Shown piece after piece: positions 41,313 through 52,271 of a DNA stretch of 64,000 nucleotides. The stretch's first letter is position 1. Each line of letters starts with the position of its first letter. The stretch comes from Myxococcota bacterium (lineage in GTDB: Bacteria > Myxococcota_A > SURF-8), in NCBI GenBank assembly GCA_965140415.1, contig OZ223209.1, positions 5,536,001 to 5,600,000 on the forward strand, written 5' to 3'. A program made the translations under genes and the position numbers. The notes beneath the pieces were generated by a model that saw nothing but the letters and a program-made list of their open reading frames with translations, searched no databases and had not been told where the DNA came from.

Positions 41313-41481
41313 GCTGTTAAAACAGGAGGGTGGGGAATAAAACATTCGGAACAGATTCGCTTTGATTGCGAATTTGCCCGAATTGTGGTAACTTGCCGAT
41401 CATGGGAACGGGGAGAGTTACTGAACGAAAATGAGTTCGACGCTTATCGTCGTACAAACGTGAAGGGGCAGTTGCAGTATT

Positions 41482-42648
41482 ATGTTGTTCAAGCCCACAA
41501 CGAAAAAAGTCGAGAAATTACGCAACGAGCGTAACCTGGATGGCCTACAGAAACTGGTTTCGGCTGACGAAATTGAAATCAAGGTCGCTGCAATCAAAGC
41601 ATTAGGGGACTTGAAAGCCACAATCGCCGCACCGGCGATCATGATGGTCGTGCATCATCCAATCAGTGCCGACGTTCGCGCCGCTTCCGCCCGCGCGTTG
41701 GGACAGATGCAATATAAACCGTCCATCAAGCCGATTATCGACTTGCTTGGCGATGACACCCCGGATGTGCGACGAGCCGCCGGAGAGGCGCTGATGAATA
41801 TCGGCGACGCCGTCATCATTCCGCTGCGCGATCAACTCAACAATTTCATGTACGATTCCGTACGCAAGGGCAGCCGCCTGCTGTTGAAAAACATGGGACC
41901 GCGTGCCACCCAGGCACTATTGGAAGGTTTACAGGGCGAAAGCGACAACATCCGCAAGGAAAGCGCGCTTTTGCTGGGCGAGCTGGGTTCCAAGGAAAGC
42001 CGGAATCTACTGATCAATGCATTGAACGATCGTCGTATTTCCGTGCGCCGAGCCGCAGCCGAAGCGCTGAAGTCGTTTAACTGGCAACCAACTACGGACG
42101 TTTTCGGCGCTCATTACCATATTGCCCACAACGATTTCAAACAGGCGCTGGAAGTCGGCACGAAAGCCATACCGGCTTTCGTAATGTGGCTACAGGATCG
42201 CGATGTGCGGGTGCGACGAAATATCGCAATTGGCCTGCACAAACTGGGCTGGAAACCGACCCGCCGGGAAGAAGTCGCCTTGTTCTGGGCGGCGGCGGGA
42301 AAATTCTCCGAACTGGTCAAACTCGGTCCGGATGCGACTGATATTCTAATCCGGCTGCTTAGCGACGGCAGCATTCGAGTGAAGAAAGCGGCGGCCAAAA
42401 GCCTGCGCCAACTCGGGGTTCCCCCACATGTAAAGAAACTGGTGCAGGATATCGAACAGATGTCCGACTACACCTACTTCAAGTTGCAGAACGGAACATT
42501 CAATCTGGAAGAAATCAGCTTGAATGCGTCGCATCACAATGGTAAGTATTACTTACTGAAGGTGGCAGACTGCGATGAGGCGCAAATCCAATACGTACTG
42601 GATATGTATCCAGACGCCAAAGTCATCGACGAAACCCAGGCCATCTAG
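41482..42648 (+). CDS. HEAT repeat protein
   Basis: Repeated VRxxAAxALG motifs. Confidence 0.85.
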   Translation: MLFKPTTKKVEKLRNERNLDGLQKLVSADEIEIKVAAIKALGDLKATIAAPAIMMVVHHPISADVRAASARALGQMQYKPSIKPIIDLLGDDTPDVRRAAGEALMNIGDAVIIPLRDQLNNFMYDSVRKGSRLLLKNMGPRATQALLEGLQGESDNIRKESALLLGELGSKESRNLLINALNDRRISVRRAAAEALKSFNWQPTTDVFGAHYHIAHNDFKQALEVGTKAIPAFVMWLQDRDVRVRRNIAIGLHKLGWKPTRREEVALFWAAAGKFSELVKLGPDATDILIRLLSDGSIRVKKAAAKSLRQLGVPPHVKKLVQDIEQMSDYTYFKLQNGTFNLEEISLNASHHNGKYYLLKVADCDEAQIQYVLDMYPDAKVIDETQAI

Positions 42649-42672
42649 TACGCAAACGAACCATTTCATTTC

Positions 42673-43962
42673 ATGCAAGCGCAAAGGAGAAAGCCGATGC
42701 GAGTAGCATGTTGGGTTGTACTTGTACTTGGACTGCTGTACCCCATGCTCCTGATGGCACAAAGCCAACCGGTGGAACTGAAAGCTCCATGCCGAGTGGT
42801 CTGGGCGCTTCAAGAAGAAATCGATGAAGACGAGCAACCGATGCCGATGACGCCCGGCTTGTGGAAAAGGGAACTCGTTCCGCTGCAATTCAAGTTTTTC
42901 AACAACGCGGAAAACGATCGTTTAGCCAAGCGTTGCCCGTTCAAGGATTTGAAGGCGGGACGCATCTGCCCGGAACTGTCTTCAACGGATGCAGATCTCG
43001 TGATCGTGGGACGCATAACCGCCGAAACGCGCCCGACCGGACCAACCAACCCGGATGTCGGCAGCAAGGTGAATCTGAAATTCAAAGTGTGGCGCATCGA
43101 TAACGGCGAGGAAATCGCGACCATCAAGCAGCCTTCCTACGCCACCGGAGCCAATTCGCTGCGTGCAACGGAGGAAGCCATCCGGCGCGTAGCCAAGCCC
43201 ATCGCCATTCGCTTGTCGAACCTTGTCGCCGTAAAACTGGGCGCTTACCGCGAGGGCGCGATTCACGTACGCGGCTTTTCCTCCAGCGCCCAGCGCGACG
43301 ACCTGTTCACCGGGCTGCGCGTCGTTCCCGATATCGAAACGGTGCGGCAGGAAGAGGAAAAAGCGGACTACACCGTCTTCCGTGTCGGATATCGCAACGT
43401 AACCTGGGGCGGGCTGGTAACGCAGATCAATAACACCCAGGGTTCGGGCTTGCAGGCGCGTATTGCAGGTAACGAACTGGCCGAAGCCACGTACGATCCG
43501 GTGCGCGCCTTTCGTTTGCAAATCGCCGTAACGGAAGCCAGTGACCGCACGGGAGATCCGATCTTCGCCGTCAAGGCGGAGAAATTGCCGGAAACCATCG
43601 AAACGGAACTGACGCGCATCGGTTATCTGACTGCCATCCGCTTTCCGGTGCGACTGGCCCATAACGGCAAAGCGGCGCAGAAAGAAATGAAGCTGCAATA
43701 CGGCGGCGATCTGGTATTGTTGCCGCTATTGGAAGCCAAGGGCGGCGAACTGAGGGTGCAGATCGAGGTGCGCTCCACCTTTTCGGGACGCCTTTTTGTG
43801 CTTCATGAAACGCTACAGGGCAGCGATTTAAGCGGCGCAATACGCAAAGCGGTGGATATGCTGGCAGACAAACTGATTTTAACGCTGGTGGCTCAGCGAA
43901 AACGAATGCCGCGGCTGAAACGCGAACAATTCGAAGCCTGGCGGGCCAGAACCGGCTACTGA
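42673..43962 (+). CDS. Secreted hypothetical protein
   Basis: Long ORF with signal peptide; start may be 42697. Confidence 0.7.
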   Translation: MQAQRRKPMRVACWVVLVLGLLYPMLLMAQSQPVELKAPCRVVWALQEEIDEDEQPMPMTPGLWKRELVPLQFKFFNNAENDRLAKRCPFKDLKAGRICPELSSTDADLVIVGRITAETRPTGPTNPDVGSKVNLKFKVWRIDNGEEIATIKQPSYATGANSLRATEEAIRRVAKPIAIRLSNLVAVKLGAYREGAIHVRGFSSSAQRDDLFTGLRVVPDIETVRQEEEKADYTVFRVGYRNVTWGGLVTQINNTQGSGLQARIAGNELAEATYDPVRAFRLQIAVTEASDRTGDPIFAVKAEKLPETIETELTRIGYLTAIRFPVRLAHNGKAAQKEMKLQYGGDLVLLPLLEAKGGELRVQIEVRSTFSGRLFVLHETLQGSDLSGAIRKAVDMLADKLILTLVAQRKRMPRLKREQFEAWRARTGY

Positions 43963-43989
43963 TTTCATACGGAGGCGGCGGTAGGTATT

Positions 43990-44577
43990 ATGCTCTATTT
44001 TCCCAATCATGCCGGATGGATCGAGGTGATCATCGGCTCGATGTTCAGTGGCAAGACCACCGAACTGATGCGACGCATCGACCGGATGCGGCGCGCCGGA
44101 CGTCAGGTGCAGGTCTTTTCGCGCGATAAGCGCTTTCAGGAAAACGCCATCGTTTCGCACGACAAGCGCTCCGAAAACGCCACCTATGCGGAAACCGCCG
44201 AAGACATCCGAAAACGGTTGAGCTGGAAAACCGAGATCATCGGCATCGATGAAGGCCAGTTCTACGACGAAGACCTGGTGAGCTTCTGCCGCTGTATGGC
44301 GCTGGAGCAAAAGGTTGTGATCGTCGCCGGGCTGGATCAGGACTTCCGCACCGAACCCTTCAACACCATGCTGCGTCTGGTGGCCGAGGCTGAAAGCGTC
44401 ACCAAGTTAAACGCCGTGTGCAGCCGCTGCGGCAATCCCGCCATTCGCAATCATCGCAAAACCGATTCCAACGAACGCATCGTCATCGGCGCATCGGAAG
44501 CCTATCAGGCGCTCTGCCGCGACTGCTACGAAAAAGCGCTGCGCGAAGGCAAACAGGAAGAACTGTTCCGACACTGA
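43990..44577 (+). CDS. tdk: Thymidine kinase
   Basis: GSMFSGKTTEL, IDEGQF, VAGLDQDF, CSRC...CRDC zinc site. Confidence 0.95.
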   Translation: MLYFPNHAGWIEVIIGSMFSGKTTELMRRIDRMRRAGRQVQVFSRDKRFQENAIVSHDKRSENATYAETAEDIRKRLSWKTEIIGIDEGQFYDEDLVSFCRCMALEQKVVIVAGLDQDFRTEPFNTMLRLVAEAESVTKLNAVCSRCGNPAIRNHRKTDSNERIVIGASEAYQALCRDCYEKALREGKQEELFRH

Positions 44578-44676
44578 AACCTGTCGCAATCCCTGTGTAT
44601 CCAGTCGAAAAAACACTAGAATACAAGCCGTAATCATGATACAACCCTCCTTTACCGATAGGAGGTACCTGGTTCG

Positions 44677-45720
44677 ATGAAGCGTTTGTCCATACTTTTC
44701 CCCGCCGTGGTATTGGCGGCATTGCTGTTTAGTCTGGTCTCGGTATTGTGGCCGTTGCCGGAATCCGTTTCCGCCGATCAGTGGAAAAGCGTGGAAGCTT
44801 TTATACAGGAGCAGAACGGGTCCGGCGATTTGGTAATCGTGCATCCCGTCTGGGAAGACAGTGCGCTTTCGCATTTCAAAAGTAATTTCCTGATTTTAGG
44901 CAAACCGAATACGGAAAGCTACAAGCTGTATCCGCGCGTCTGGGTGGTTTTGACGCACGGAGCGGGCGTTCCCGGCTATCTTTCCGACGAGCTACGCCGG
45001 GACGTCGACGAACGACTCGGCGACATCCGCCTGCTGCGCTACGTGCAGCGCGACGCAGATCGGATCCTGTACGATTTCTACTCCCACGTTCCCGATGCCA
45101 AGGTGGAAATTCAAAAGGGCAACGATGTACGCGCCTGCGAGGAATTCCGTATCATGCGCTGGTGGTGTCCGGTGCGCGACTGGAACCACATGGGACAACG
45201 TTCCGCTCTGATTCAGAAAAAGTGGCAGTCCTGCATCTGGATGCACCCGCTTAAAGACTGGACCACGCGTGCGCGCTACGACGACGTGCTGCTGGGTAAA
45301 CGCCTTGTCGGTGAATTCGCTATGACCGACGAAGCCGCCGAGTTGAAAAACGGTGCGCCGATCACGCTGCGGATTCTGATCGGTAAGCGCGAAATGGCTC
45401 GACTGACGACACAACGTGCCTATGGCTGGCAGCCCTTTGAAATCGATACACGAAAGCTGGAAGGTACGCGCCAGCCGATCACCTTCGAAGTCACCGCCAA
45501 ACACGACGGTCTGCGGCACTTCTGCTTCCGGATTCAGTCCCGCTCGGATGAGTTGGGCGCAGAACGCTTCAATATGCCGGAAGCCTTCGTTCCTTTGGAA
45601 GATGATAAAAAGGCAAGGGATCGCAAGGCGCGGGAAGAGCGGAGGAAAAACCGCGAAGCCGAGCGCAAGCAGCGCGAGAAAAAAGAAAAAGAGAAGGAAA
45701 AGAACAGGAAAGACAAATAA
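44677..45720 (+). CDS. Membrane-anchored hypothetical protein with K/R/E-rich tail
   Basis: AGGAGG RBS; N-terminal TM helix. Confidence 0.75.
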   Translation: MKRLSILFPAVVLAALLFSLVSVLWPLPESVSADQWKSVEAFIQEQNGSGDLVIVHPVWEDSALSHFKSNFLILGKPNTESYKLYPRVWVVLTHGAGVPGYLSDELRRDVDERLGDIRLLRYVQRDADRILYDFYSHVPDAKVEIQKGNDVRACEEFRIMRWWCPVRDWNHMGQRSALIQKKWQSCIWMHPLKDWTTRARYDDVLLGKRLVGEFAMTDEAAELKNGAPITLRILIGKREMARLTTQRAYGWQPFEIDTRKLEGTRQPITFEVTAKHDGLRHFCFRIQSRSDELGAERFNMPEAFVPLEDDKKARDRKAREERRKNREAERKQREKKEKEKEKNRKDK

Positions 45721-45795
45721 TCTCGGAATGTCTGTTGACTTGTAACAGCGAGGCGTAAGCCCTCCGAGAAAGAGCCAATATAAAAGGAACAACGG

Positions 45796-48210
45796 GTGAA
45801 GGATCCGAAGTACAACCAAGACGAACCTATCGATGAATCCGGTGTAACGGAAATGCCGGAACCTCGCGATGTCTTCGCCGAGGACAAACTGGATTTCGCG
45901 CCATGGGATGGCGTGAACACTCCCGAAGATCTGGACCCGCAGCAACCACCCGAGTTCGAATCGCTACCGAACCTGTCCTCCGAGGACAAGCCCGAGCCGG
46001 TGGATCTGCCCCCGCTGGAAAAAACGGAAACAACCGAAGCTCCTATCGAGGCGACTCGAACGCCCGCGCCCGAATTTCATCCGATCGGCGAAGATGGGAA
46101 CAAGCCCCTGCCCTTGACCGAGCAGCCCGGCTCGCCCTTTGAACTCGTCACGAATGAAGATACGGAGAAGTTGGAACTGACGTCGGCGGATACCGACTCG
46201 CTGGATCGACCACGTTTCGACTACGGTTCACGCCCCGAATTACCGGCGCCCTCGGCTTCGTTGCGGGAGGCTTTCCCGGCAGGCATTTATAAACACCCTA
46301 AAACCCCGGAAAAGAGCAAGGGGCAGTTTATCATCGGATTGCTGCTCCTGCTGTTCTGCGGTGCGACATTGATCCTGACACAGGACGATATGGGCCTGAC
46401 CGACGACGACGACTTCTACATCCCGGCATCCATCGACTACATCAAGTGGGTGGAGAAGGCCGTCAAAAAAGGCGTTACCGGCGATTTCAGCCAGTTTAAA
46501 AGCGCAGCGATCGACCGCCACTGGGGCAATAACCACGAGCATCCCGCCGTCGCCAAACTGGTCATGGGCGCAGGCTGGTTGATTTTCCACAAGTATACCG
46601 GCCTGATGGGTCAGAACGACGCCGCCCGCATGGGTGTAATTGCTCTGGCGCTATTGCTCTTTTACCTGGTCTATCGCATGAGCTGGCAGATCTTCGGTCC
46701 TCGTGCGGCAGTCTTTTCGGTGCTGGCATTATTGACGATGCCGCGCACCTTCTACCACATGCACGTCCCGACCTTGGACATCCCGACCACGGCGACCTTG
46801 TTTCTGGTTGTTTACGCCGCCTGGCGCGCCGAAACCAGCCGCCGCTGGGTCATTCTGACCGGCATTTTCTACGGTGTGGCAATGTGCACCAAGCTCAACG
46901 GACCTTTCGTGGTCTTTCCGCTTGTGCTGTACTGGCTGTATCGCTGGCGGCAGTCGGTGGTGCTTCAAGCAGCAGCTACGCTACGATTTGGACGCATGTT
47001 CAAAACCGGTCTGTCCATGGCATTGCTCTCCTTCCCGGTGTTTCTGGCGCTGTGGCCCTGGCTGTGGCATCATCCCATCGACCGGCTGGAAGGCTATTTC
47101 CGCTTTCATTTCCACCACTACGGCATCCGCCTGCTCTATTTCGGCGATGTCTACCTGGACCCCTTCGCCCCCTGGCACGCTCCTTTCGTCTATACCGGGT
47201 TGACGATCCCCCTGGTGCTGCTGGTGTTGGGACTGGCGGGTTTATGGGTGGGTCTGAAACAGCTTACTCCCAGTCATATCGACCACTTCCCCAAAGGACC
47301 GGGAGCGCGTGAAGATTATGCGCTGCTATTGGCCTTTAACGTTCTCTTTGCCATTTCCATTGTCGCCTTCCCCAATAATCCCAAGTACGGCGGCGTGAAA
47401 TTATGGCAGCCGCTCTTTCCCTTCTTTGCGATGCTGGCCGGTTTCGGCTTTGAGCTGCTGCTGCAACGCATCAAGGAATTGTGGCCGCGCCTGAACCTGA
47501 CCAAACCACTGCTTGCGGCTTTATTGGGACTACTGCTGTTAAGCCCCGGAGCGCTGGGCATGATGCGCGTCTATCCCTATATGCTGAGCTATTTCAACAG
47601 CTTGGCTGGTGGCCCGCAGGGTGCGGCGGAAATGGGGATGGAACGGCAGTATTACGATTTGTGCTATCGCTCCATGATCGAGTGGTGGAACAAGCAGGGC
47701 GAAGATGGTCAGACCGTGACCTACGAACCCAATAACATCGAATACCAGCGCACCTATCCCTGGTATGCACGCGATGGAAAACTGAAAAAGCGGGTCCGCG
47801 TTACCGACATGAAAAACGCGGATTTCCTGATTCTGACCCACGAACGCCGCTGGAGTCATTACCAGGAACTGTTGAACGTCTACCGTTTCCAGCCGGAACT
47901 GCACACGGAAAAGGTTTGGGGAGTGCCGCTGTACACCATTTACGACGTACGCGAACTGAACAAACGCCAAAAGAAAGCCAAGCCAAAGCCTAAAAGCAGA
48001 AAATCGGGTAAACGTGGAGCGGCAAAACCTACCGTGCAGCCATTGCGCGTACAGAAAAAAGCCGACAAGCTGGGTAAGCCCGTAACCAATCCACGCCCCA
48101 AAGCCAAAACAGAACCCTCTAAAAAGGTCAGGCCGAAAAAGCCTTCAAAAACGCCTCGTTCGAACAAAGCAAAAACGACGTCGAAGAGTCGAACTCAAGA
48201 GAAACGCTGA
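45796..48210 (+). CDS. GT-C fold glycosyltransferase (ArnT/PMT family)
   Basis: TDDDDFY, HEHPAVAK, many TM helices, TKLNG, SYFNSLAGG. Confidence 0.8.
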   Translation: MKDPKYNQDEPIDESGVTEMPEPRDVFAEDKLDFAPWDGVNTPEDLDPQQPPEFESLPNLSSEDKPEPVDLPPLEKTETTEAPIEATRTPAPEFHPIGEDGNKPLPLTEQPGSPFELVTNEDTEKLELTSADTDSLDRPRFDYGSRPELPAPSASLREAFPAGIYKHPKTPEKSKGQFIIGLLLLLFCGATLILTQDDMGLTDDDDFYIPASIDYIKWVEKAVKKGVTGDFSQFKSAAIDRHWGNNHEHPAVAKLVMGAGWLIFHKYTGLMGQNDAARMGVIALALLLFYLVYRMSWQIFGPRAAVFSVLALLTMPRTFYHMHVPTLDIPTTATLFLVVYAAWRAETSRRWVILTGIFYGVAMCTKLNGPFVVFPLVLYWLYRWRQSVVLQAAATLRFGRMFKTGLSMALLSFPVFLALWPWLWHHPIDRLEGYFRFHFHHYGIRLLYFGDVYLDPFAPWHAPFVYTGLTIPLVLLVLGLAGLWVGLKQLTPSHIDHFPKGPGAREDYALLLAFNVLFAISIVAFPNNPKYGGVKLWQPLFPFFAMLAGFGFELLLQRIKELWPRLNLTKPLLAALLGLLLLSPGALGMMRVYPYMLSYFNSLAGGPQGAAEMGMERQYYDLCYRSMIEWWNKQGEDGQTVTYEPNNIEYQRTYPWYARDGKLKKRVRVTDMKNADFLILTHERRWSHYQELLNVYRFQPELHTEKVWGVPLYTIYDVRELNKRQKKAKPKPKSRKSGKRGAAKPTVQPLRVQKKADKLGKPVTNPRPKAKTEPSKKVRPKKPSKTPRSNKAKTTSKSRTQEKR

Positions 48211-50354
48211 TGAATCGTCATTCCGCCGGAATTTTCACTGGGGGGATGGACTTCTTCGGTCGTGGCGTCCATTCGCTTGGCTGGCTTTTATTTTCCTTTC
48301 TGATAGTAACGGGTTGCGAATCGAAACAGGAAGAAGCCAAACCCTCGCCCACCGCACCGCCTGCCATCGAATCCGAGCAGATTCAGGATGATCGTTGCAC
48401 GGAAACCCATACCCGCTGCCGGGATATCCGCAACCTTGAAAGCTGCCGCAATGGAAAGTGGGAACCACAAACGACCTGCGGTTTGTACCAGCCCTGTTTC
48501 ATGCAGGACGGCAAACTCGCACAGTGCACCGAGTTGGATTTTACAACTGTTTCCGATCTTCGCTTCTCGCCCGGTTCCAAGGAACTGCAAAACCGGACCT
48601 CATTCTTCAATGAGCTTCAGCAGGACCCCTATTGCCGCCTGTTGCGTTCCGCCATACAGACCACAGCGCGTCCCCTGGCGGATGTTCAGGCCCTGGCTGT
48701 GCCGGAAAGCGAGCAAAAAAGGGTTGCATTCTGTACACTTAGCTGGATAGCCGATCAGGTTCGGACATTAGTGAATGAACATCCGGAAGACTGGCCCGGC
48801 CTGGAAGAAAGCGAACTTACGTTTTCTGAGGAGGCAGAAGCACTGCGCATCGAGTGGCGCTACGTCAATGCCGAGCAATCGGGAATCTTACCCAGTTCGG
48901 ATCTCAAGATCGCCATTGCAACGACGAGCAACCTGCAAGTTCCCAAACCACCGGATGTCTGGATCGCCGCCGAAGAGATCGGCCTGTATTTCTCGATACA
49001 TCTAAACACCCGTGGACCGTCCTGGCGGCAAGCGCGCAAGCTATTGGACAAGTTAAAGCGAGATCTGGAAAAGGGACTGTCGCTCTTTTATCTGACCTCA
49101 CGCTTCGTGAATCCTCCCGAGGTATTCCACAACAGCAAGGTGCAGCGACAACTGAAAAGTGTCCTTCCCAAGAAAAGCGGCTTGTCGAATTTCCGATGTA
49201 ATGCGGAGTGTGAACGGGCCTTGACGGCGCTTGCACCACGCTTGCAAAGCTGGAAACGGAAAGACCGCGCCGAAATCGAGTGGCACTTAAGCAAAGAAGA
49301 GCAACGCTTGCTTGAGCAGGCCGCCCCGGCCTGGGTGCAACTTGCCATACTGGAAACACTCAGTTTCGACGGTCGGCAGACTCCCGCTCTGGCTCCGGGC
49401 TGGCGCTTGGGACCGGATCGAGTGATTCAATTGCTCAACCACTCCCTATCCTCGTCCGACTATGCCAATACCCTTTTCGCCTTGCTGACCAAACTGCCCA
49501 ATGTCAATCCAGGTTACTGGACCGGCTTTCGTTTCGCCGAAGCGGAATCGTTGCGCAAGCTGGCGAAACCTCTATTGAAAAATCCCGGCTCTAAACTCGC
49601 CTCGCGTTTTCTGCCGATCTGGGTCAAGCACGATCAGCGCGCAGCCGCAACGATGCTTCGTAAAGCACTACGGCGCAGTAAAAAGCGATCCGACAAACTT
49701 CTGCTGTTGGAATGGATCGCCACCCTTGGAGGCGAAGAGAATGCGGCCTATTGCATGAAGCAGTTGACATCCGGGCTGGCGGGGAGCAAATCGCTACGGT
49801 TGCTGGTTCAACGCGATCCGGCGTTCTGGGACAAGGCCCTGGTGCAGCTTTCGAACTGGTTGCCGCGCCTGAATCCGGAAGGACAGGCGGCGCTACTGGA
49901 AGAATTATTGCGGCTGAACTGGGAGCGCATCAAGCAAACCGAGAAACTCACACCGTTACTGAAGAAACTGCAAAAGAATACTCGTCATTTCGGAGTGTAC
50001 GCCAATACCACTCACCTATTGGGATTGTATGCGTCTCCCGCCTGGATCTGGCCCGAACGCCCAAAGGAAGTCGATGCTTTTCTGCTGGGACCGCGTGGAC
50101 CGCAGGAAGAGGAATTACTGGCCCAGGCCGTCAAGAATCTGGCTAAATTGGATCGACTGAACACGCTTTCCCTGTTTCGATATGCGCAGGAGTTGCCGCC
50201 TTTCCGTGCGAATCGGCTGGCGCGTTTATTGGGACAACTGGCCATACGTTCCAAAATCGTCAAAAAAGAAAGTCGCCGTGTAGCGCGATTGACCGAAACT
50301 GCTGAAATTGCAGCGTTTGCAAAGCGCGTACTCAAACTGGGTAAGAAACGGTAG
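48210..50354 (+). CDS. Hypothetical lipoprotein with helical C-terminus
   Basis: TGATG coupling; VTGC lipobox; small Cys module. Confidence 0.7.
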   Translation: MNRHSAGIFTGGMDFFGRGVHSLGWLLFSFLIVTGCESKQEEAKPSPTAPPAIESEQIQDDRCTETHTRCRDIRNLESCRNGKWEPQTTCGLYQPCFMQDGKLAQCTELDFTTVSDLRFSPGSKELQNRTSFFNELQQDPYCRLLRSAIQTTARPLADVQALAVPESEQKRVAFCTLSWIADQVRTLVNEHPEDWPGLEESELTFSEEAEALRIEWRYVNAEQSGILPSSDLKIAIATTSNLQVPKPPDVWIAAEEIGLYFSIHLNTRGPSWRQARKLLDKLKRDLEKGLSLFYLTSRFVNPPEVFHNSKVQRQLKSVLPKKSGLSNFRCNAECERALTALAPRLQSWKRKDRAEIEWHLSKEEQRLLEQAAPAWVQLAILETLSFDGRQTPALAPGWRLGPDRVIQLLNHSLSSSDYANTLFALLTKLPNVNPGYWTGFRFAEAESLRKLAKPLLKNPGSKLASRFLPIWVKHDQRAAATMLRKALRRSKKRSDKLLLLEWIATLGGEENAAYCMKQLTSGLAGSKSLRLLVQRDPAFWDKALVQLSNWLPRLNPEGQAALLEELLRLNWERIKQTEKLTPLLKKLQKNTRHFGVYANTTHLLGLYASPAWIWPERPKEVDAFLLGPRGPQEEELLAQAVKNLAKLDRLNTLSLFRYAQELPPFRANRLARLLGQLAIRSKIVKKESRRVARLTETAEIAAFAKRVLKLGKKR

Positions 50355-50500
50355 TTATCAAATACGAATCCATCCTCTCGGCACGAATTCTGAGCATCTT
50401 TTCAGAAAAATCTACAGATATCTTGACTTTATATGTACTTTTCTTAAACTAGCCAAAAGCACGTTTCGTTAAAACATTCCAAAACACGGCAGGGGTCTCG

Positions 50501-51331
50501 ATGAAGTCTTTCATGTTTGCACTCCTAATATGCTTGATGTCCGCTTCCGTTCATGCGGAAACTGAACCAAGCGTGATGGTCTGGCAACTCGAAGCCGGTA
50601 GCGGCGTCGATCAAGCCTCGATTACGACCATTTCCGGCTTTATCACCGGACATGTACAGCAACATTTCAAAGGAGAAGTCATCTCCGAGGCGGACATCAA
50701 AACCATCCTGAAAGGGGAAGAGAGTCGAAACCGCTGCGGCGTACAGGATACCTCCTGCATTGCGGAAATCGGGGCCGCACTGGGAACCGTGGAAGCAATC
50801 TCCGGTGACTTGGGACATATCGGCGACTATTGGATCATCAACCTGCGTCGTATCGACGTCCGACAGGCGCGGATCGTGGATAGAGTCACACGAAATATCA
50901 AGGGGGATATCAACGCCTTGATCGAGGCCATCCCAGCAGCAGTGAAAGAGCTACTCTCCAAAGCATCCTTGTACACTAAAAAACCAATTGCTCCCTCGGA
51001 GCGCTTTTCATTACTCTATGCAACGAAACCTCAATTGAGCGTGATGGAAAAAGCCGGTTGGGGTCTGTTCGGTAGCGGAGCCATTCTGGTTATTGCCGGA
51101 GGCATGTTCAAATTGATCGCCAACGACAAGCGCAAGACCGAATATAACAACGATGTAGAAAATGCCGACATTGCTTCGACGGTGGTCTTTTCACTGGGAG
51201 GCGCTTCGTTGGCGGCGGGAATTTCTCTACTGATTGCGGATGCCTTGCTACCTGCTGACTCGCAGGCGAGTTTGCCTCTGATCCAGATGAGCCCCAACCG
51301 GGTGGAAGTGGTTTGGAGGGCGTCATGGTGA
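50501..51331 (+). CDS. Secreted hypothetical protein with C-terminal hydrophobic helices
   Basis: Signal peptide; CGVQDTSCIAEIGAALG motif. Confidence 0.75.
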   Translation: MKSFMFALLICLMSASVHAETEPSVMVWQLEAGSGVDQASITTISGFITGHVQQHFKGEVISEADIKTILKGEESRNRCGVQDTSCIAEIGAALGTVEAISGDLGHIGDYWIINLRRIDVRQARIVDRVTRNIKGDINALIEAIPAAVKELLSKASLYTKKPIAPSERFSLLYATKPQLSVMEKAGWGLFGSGAILVIAGGMFKLIANDKRKTEYNNDVENADIASTVVFSLGGASLAAGISLLIADALLPADSQASLPLIQMSPNRVEVVWRASW

Positions 51332-52101
51332 AAACGCACGAATCCCACAGCGCTTCAGCCGAAACCAAACCATTGGTTTTTATTGTTATTTTTGCTATGT
51401 TACTCGGATTGATATCCGCTTGCAGCACCGCCTACACAGCCCCGCCCGTGCGCACCATGCACTACGGCTCACCAGGACGCTTGAAAGCCAAGCAAGTCGA
51501 AATCGGCGGAGCTTATATGGTTTCTCCAGACTACTACAACAACACCGACGATGCCCAGCACGGAGCCGGGGGGAACATCGCTTATGGATTGGAAGACTGG
51601 ATACAGTTGGAACTCGGTGCGGATGGCGCACCGGATGGCTGGGGCATGGGATTTCTCGGCGCGCGCTTTTCGCCTCTTCCGGCTCGCTGGCAGGACAGTC
51701 CATACAAACTGCTGACCGATTTCGAACTGGGAGTTGGCGTCGGAGCGGGAGGGGTCGACTGCCCTGCCGGTTCCAGTAACTGCAACAGCTGGAAACGGGC
51801 GGCAGGAGGAATGTATGTCGGATATGGATTAGGTGTTGGAATTCACTTTTTCGATATCTTTATTCGAGAGCGTTTCCAGGTGTCAGGAGCGGAAGATCTT
51901 CCAACCAGCATGTGGCATAGCGCCTTGTTCGGGTTGCAGGGCAACATTCTGCAATGGGCCAAAATCTACCTCGGTGCGGGTCACGGATTCTACTACAACG
52001 GAAAAAACCAGAGTGAAAGCAAAGATGACCCTGCCTTTCACAACCACGGCGGATTTTTTATCGAAACGGGTGTAGCGGTTACGATTCCGCTGGAACCTTG
52101 A
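51325..52101 (+). CDS. Hypothetical lipoprotein, possible outer-membrane beta-barrel
   Basis: GGAGG RBS; ISAC lipobox; Gly/aromatic alternating strands. Confidence 0.65.
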   Translation: MVKTHESHSASAETKPLVFIVIFAMLLGLISACSTAYTAPPVRTMHYGSPGRLKAKQVEIGGAYMVSPDYYNNTDDAQHGAGGNIAYGLEDWIQLELGADGAPDGWGMGFLGARFSPLPARWQDSPYKLLTDFELGVGVGAGGVDCPAGSSNCNSWKRAAGGMYVGYGLGVGIHFFDIFIRERFQVSGAEDLPTSMWHSALFGLQGNILQWAKIYLGAGHGFYYNGKNQSESKDDPAFHNHGGFFIETGVAVTIPLEP

Positions 52102-52167
52102 CCCCGATATTCATCACCCGTATCACCTTGCGCTTCCCCACCTTTCCTCATTGATACAAAAAAAGGA

Positions 52168-52196
52168 TTGCAACTGGTTGGAAAGATTAATATAAT
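52168..52196 (+). promoter_or_regulatory. Sigma-70 promoter
   Basis: TTGCAA-N17-TATAAT upstream of 52272. Confidence 0.65.
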
Positions 52197-52271
52197 GATA
52201 GCCGGACTCGCCATGTGATCAACTCATGTGTGTAATCGTGGTACGATTAACAAACCCAGAAAGGGAGGTTT

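Noticed and set aside
44992-45945. 317-aa - strand ORF
   Set aside because: Overlaps two better-supported + strand genes and has no motifs.
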